A stretch of 64,000 nt of DNA from Minisyncoccota bacterium. GTDB taxonomy: Bacteria > Patescibacteriota > Minisyncoccia > Phycocordibacterales > JABAAK01. Shown piece after piece: positions 60,361 through 64,000 of the stretch. The position numbers and the translations under genes were made by a program. Numbering within the stretch: the first letter of the stretch is position 1; each line of letters begins with the position of its first letter. The notes beneath the pieces were generated by a model. It did not search any database. It was not told the DNA's origin and was given only the letters and a program-made list of their open reading frames with translations. Location of the stretch: contig OY282360.1 of the NCBI GenBank assembly GCA_958295675.1, forward strand, positions 261,466-325,465, in the 5' to 3' direction.

Positions 60361-60386
60361 GCCGCGCCCATTTCGGGCGCGGCTTT
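60361..60386 (+). terminator. Probable intrinsic terminator
   Basis: GCCGCGCCC-atttc-GGGCGCGGC followed by a short TTT, ~30 nt after the stop. Confidence 0.6.
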
Positions 60387-60467
60387 GCCGTATATAAATG
60401 AATATGTAGTATTACTGTCCGCCGCGGAAACAGATATGTGCGGTCAGCGTTCAAGTAAATAAAAAAG

Positions 60468-60512
60468 TTATCAACACGGATAAAAATAAACAAGCGCAGT
60501 ATCAAGTATACT
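60468..60512 (+). promoter_or_regulatory. Array promoter motif: TTATCAACA ... TATACT
   Basis: Same spacing (39 bp) as gene 1. Confidence 0.55.
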
Positions 60513-60552
60513 GGGATTATTACTATTAAAAAGGGTTAATACATTTTTTTGT

Positions 60553-63500
60553 ATGCATATAAGTCAAAGTATATTCTTGTCACGGTTTGTGGCAGTGTTT
60601 GTCTCAATGGCAATGATTTTTTCTGTAACGATGATTCCTGTCTCTTCCGCGCAGGTGCCTCCTGAGACACCGGCGGCAAATGACGGGCAGCAGGGAACTG
60701 GAGATGATTCTTCGGAAGAGCAAACAGACGAAACACAGTTACCGGATGATGAAGATACTTCAAACACTCAACCCGAAACACCGGCAGAGGATGACGCGAC
60801 CCTCTCGGCACTGACCCTCTCGGACGATAGAGCACTCAACGAACCGTTTGAGACAGCGACAACCGCCTACACCGCTGATGTGGCGAATACTATTGAAACA
60901 GTAACAGTCAGCGCGACAGCAACCAATAGCGATGCGACTGTTGTCTACACCGACACCACAGATGCCGACACAGACACGGTGGGACAGCAGGTCACGCTCA
61001 CGGAAGGAGAGAACACCGTAACGATAATAGTCACGGCACAGGACGGAGTAACCGTGCAGACCTATACCCTAACGATCACCAGAGCGGCTGAAGAGCCAAG
61101 TGAACCCGAGGATGATAATACGCAACCTGCAAATGAGCCAGCGGACGACGAAGAAGAACCTGTAGAGGAAGAGGAGGAATCAAACGAAGATGGAGAGGAA
61201 GAAAGTGAAGAGGAAGAACAGGAGGAGAGCGAAGAAGAGGAAGAGGAAACAGCACCGACGGCAGCACTCAGCGGTCTCACGGTCTCGGACACCGATCTTA
61301 ACGAAACATTTGATCCTGCTGTAACAAGTTACACGGCTGATGTTGCAAATGCTATTGAGAATGTAACGGTTACACCGACCGCAGACGATACGGTAACTGT
61401 GGCATTTACTGATACCACGGATGCCGACACGGAAGAAGAGGGACACCAGGTCGCGCTCACGGAAGGAGAGAACACCGTAACGATAACGGTAACTGCGCAG
61501 GACGGGGTAACCGTGCAGACCTATACGCTAACCATCACCAGAGCGGCTGAAGAGCCAAGTGAACCCGAGGATGACAATACGCAACCTGCAAATGAGCCGG
61601 CAGACGACGAAGAAGAACCTGTAGAGGAAGAGGAAGAATCAAGCGAAGAGGAAGAGGAAGAAAGTGAAGAGGAAAACGAAGAACAGGAAACACCGGCAGA
61701 GGATGATGCGACCCTCTCAGCACTGACCCTTTCGGACGATATATCGCTCAACGAACCGTTTGACGCGGCGACAACCGCCTATACCGCTGCTGTCGCGAAT
61801 GCCGTTGAAGCAGTAACCGTTACCGCGACACCGACGAATGACACCGCAACGGTCACGTACGATCCGACTGATGCCGATACGGAAGAAGAGGGACACCAAA
61901 TCAATCTCACGGAAAGGGAGAACACGATAACGATAACGGTACAGGACGGGGTAACCGTACAAACCTATACACTCACCATTACCAGAGCGGCGGAAGAGGA
62001 AAGTGAGGAAGAAGAGGAAACACCGACACCAACACTCAGCAATCTCACGGTCTCGGACACTAATCTTAACGAACCGTTTGACTCGGAGACAACCGCCTAC
62101 ACCGCTGATGTTGCAAATGAGATTGAAAATGTGACAGTAACACCGACCGCAGACGATGCAATGACCGTGGCATTTACTGATACAACGGATGCCGACACGG
62201 AAGAAGACGGACACCAAGTCAATCTAACAGAAGGAGAGAACACCGTAACGATAACGGTAACCGCAGAGGACGGGGTAACGGTGCAAACCTATACACTCAC
62301 TATCACCAGAGCGGTGGAAGAGGAAGAGCCAAGTGAACCCGAGGACGACGATGCAGCAGAGCCGGCAGACGAAGAAGAGGAGGAAACACCGGAGCCAGTT
62401 GTGGAAAGCGTACCGGAGCCGACCGTTGAAGTAATGGCACCGCCACAACCACAGGCACAACGGCAGCAGGCGCAACTTCCCGGTGACGACACCTCGGATA
62501 CGCAGGCGGCACCGACCACTGCGTATACGGTAAGCATCAAACCGAATGCGATAAACGACACTGGTTCGTCAAATAGCGATAATGTCACCAAGAACAAGAG
62601 ACCGGCAATTCGAATTAGTCAAGCGTCTGACTATGGTCCGGAGACGGGTCAAAATAATCACCAAGCGAATGTTCGGTTAAAGTCTGGCGCCTGTCCGGCG
62701 GCTTTGCCAACTGACACCAACACGCAGGCGCTAAGTCAGGCCGGATGGTCAATATGGTATGGAGGCTTTGCCTTAACTGCTGGTACTACCACATACAGAA
62801 CGCTGGATGTTGCAAGATCTGCCGCGAGTGATCTGTCTGACGGACAGTATTGTGCACTGGGATATTACAACACAGACCATGCGGGCGGTGCTACATCTAA
62901 TACACTGGTAACGGCCTCATACGGAATGAGGACAATAACGATAGACAGCACCGCACCGTCCGCACCGACGCTTGCCATTGCTTCTGGTGGCGGGACACTG
63001 AGACCGACAGTAAGAGTGAGCGGGCTTGAGAATACTGGTAGTGTTAAGGTACAACTGTTTACTGCTCTCAACACTGGTGATGTCACTCAATGTGCTTCAA
63101 GCGCGAGTGCAGTTGTAACAACCAGTGCGGGTGAGACATCCAAGGATGTGCTGGCGACCGTAGATGTGACTGCCGGTAACAATATATATGCCAACCAAAT
63201 AGATGCTGCTGGCAACACATCTAACTGCAGCGGTTATTTACAAAACATCAGCAAGACAGCCACACCGACCGGGCTTGATTTAGATGATTCAACCAACTCG
63301 GGATCAAACACCGACAGTATCACCAACAACACAACACCGAAGATAGCATTCACCGCGGCGAGCGGTGCCACGATTGCGGCAACATTCAGCAGCAAGCCGT
63401 CCGGTGCGAGTTCGCTGAGCGACACGATACCCGTCTCAACAACCGGCACAAGCCCCACTCTCGCCGAGACAAGCGGATCATATACGCTCACCCTCCCGAC

Positions 63501-64000
63501 CCTGAGTACGAACGGTGACTACGAGGTCTCCATCACCGCGCAGGGGAGCGGGGAAACGGTCTCCGCTGCCGCAACCTACACCTTCACCCTGGACACGGTA
63601 GCACCGTCTGCCAGTAATGTCAGACTGAGCATCGCGGCGCCGTTTGCCTCGGATCGGTATATAAATGATAGTGAGAAGGCGAATACCAACACGCTTGTTG
63701 GTAGTGTGACCGCGACGGGACACAGTGCCGCACTGGACAGATTTGCGGTTATTGCTGCAACCGGAGGAGTATGTGACAATACGGTTACCTTTGAAACAAA
63801 AGCGAACACCACCGCGGCAGATGCTGCAACGGACGGTGAATATATAATCTGTTACCGCGCGCAGGATGCGGCGACGAACAGCACATATATAGTAAGTATT
63901 GACACATTTACCCGCGACACCGCTGCACCGACCGTTGCTATTTCCACAAATGACTATATTGAAACAGACGGTGTATGGCACAACGGTGATATATATTTAA
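60553..64000 (+). CDS. Modular surface protein 8 (3' end beyond the window; absent from the ORF track): signal, 4 cadherin-like repeats, variable Ig-like, Ig-like repeats
   Basis: My translation from ATG 60553 gives MHISQSIFLSRFVAVFVSMAMIFSVTMIPVSSAQ...; QLPGDDTSDTQ at ~62473; the same frame reads ETDGVWHNGDIYL at the window end. Confidence 0.85.
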   Translation, partial: MHISQSIFLSRFVAVFVSMAMIFSVTMIPVSSAQVPPETPAANDGQQGTGDDSSEEQTDETQLPDDEDTSNTQPETPAEDDATLSALTLSDDRALNEPFETATTAYTADVANTIETVTVSATATNSDATVVYTDTTDADTDTVGQQVTLTEGENTVTIIVTAQDGVTVQTYTLTITRAAEEPSEPEDDNTQPANEPADDEEEPVEEEEESNEDGEEESEEEEQEESEEEEEETAPTAALSGLTVSDTDLNETFDPAVTSYTADVANAIENVTVTPTADDTVTVAFTDTTDADTEEEGHQVALTEGENTVTITVTAQDGVTVQTYTLTITRAAEEPSEPEDDNTQPANEPADDEEEPVEEEEESSEEEEEESEEENEEQETPAEDDATLSALTLSDDISLNEPFDAATTAYTAAVANAVEAVTVTATPTNDTATVTYDPTDADTEEEGHQINLTERENTITITVQDGVTVQTYTLTITRAAEEESEEEEETPTPTLSNLTVSDTNLNEPFDSETTAYTADVANEIENVTVTPTADDAMTVAFTDTTDADTEEDGHQVNLTEGENTVTITVTAEDGVTVQTYTLTITRAVEEEEPSEPEDDDAAEPADEEEEETPEPVVESVPEPTVEVMAPPQPQAQRQQAQLPGDDTSDTQAAPTTAYTVSIKPNAINDTGSSNSDNVTKNKRPAIRISQASDYGPETGQNNHQANVRLKSGACPAALPTDTNTQALSQAGWSIWYGGFALTAGTTTYRTLDVARSAASDLSDGQYCALGYYNTDHAGGATSNTLVTASYGMRTITIDSTAPSAPTLAIASGGGTLRPTVRVSGLENTGSVKVQLFTALNTGDVTQCASSASAVVTTSAGETSKDVLATVDVTAGNNIYANQIDAAGNTSNCSGYLQNISKTATPTGLDLDDSTNSGSNTDSITNNTTPKIAFTAASGATIAATFSSKPSGASSLSDTIPVSTTGTSPTLAETSGSYTLTLPTLSTNGDYEVSITAQGSGETVSAAATYTFTLDTVAPSASNVRLSIAAPFASDRYINDSEKANTNTLVGSVTATGHSAALDRFAVIAATGGVCDNTVTFETKANTTAADAATDGEYIICYRAQDAATNSTYIVSIDTFTRDTAAPTVAISTNDYIETDGVWHNGDIYL

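Noticed and set aside
7370-63981. Hundreds of short antisense and alternate-frame ORFs, many recurring
   Set aside because: Shadows of repetitive, codon-biased giant genes; they recur only because the modules recur.
7401-64000. A complete DGR, integron or invertase shufflon within the window
   Set aside because: No reverse transcriptase, integrase/recombinase, attC-like sites or inverted cassettes seen; all genes are co-oriented with their own promoters.
1-64000. tRNA, rRNA or IS elements
   Set aside because: None recognised by eye; intergenic spaces are short and otherwise accounted for.

Overview
Bacterial chromosomal window, most likely Patescibacteria/CPR (Parcubacteria-like). This assignment is inferred from the nusB-NUDIX fusion/rnc/short smc neighbourhood, Parcubacteria-style PG-binding and surface-protein C-termini, and starts without Shine-Dalgarno sites. 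The first 7.3 kb holds housekeeping genes plus an orphan purF and a DUF805 gene. The remaining ~57 kb is a co-oriented tandem array of eight very large secreted proteins (934-3724 aa; the last runs off the window and is missing from the ORF track). Seven are paralogous mosaics built from one parts list: shared signal peptide, acidic stalk with 0-4 cadherin-like repeats, a conserved QLPDDDTxxTQ junction, a Cys..Trp..Cys variable Ig-like domain, 6-repeat FG-GAP propellers with hypervariable loops, FN3, GLUG and Ig-like modules, and a twin dockerin-like C-terminal repeat (seen in the six complete ones). All eight share a promoter geometry: a DnaA-box-like 9-mer 38-39 bp before a TAYACT hexamer. 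Four carry a G8 tract just after the signal peptide. Interspersed are a Doc-type TA pair, a Fic gene preceded by three 40-bp palindromic repeats, two paralogous membrane micro-proteins and a truncated PRTase next to a 37-bp direct repeat. The best candidate for an undescribed system is this recombining, possibly phase-variable surface-adhesin library. Domain names come from motif recognition by eye, not database searches.
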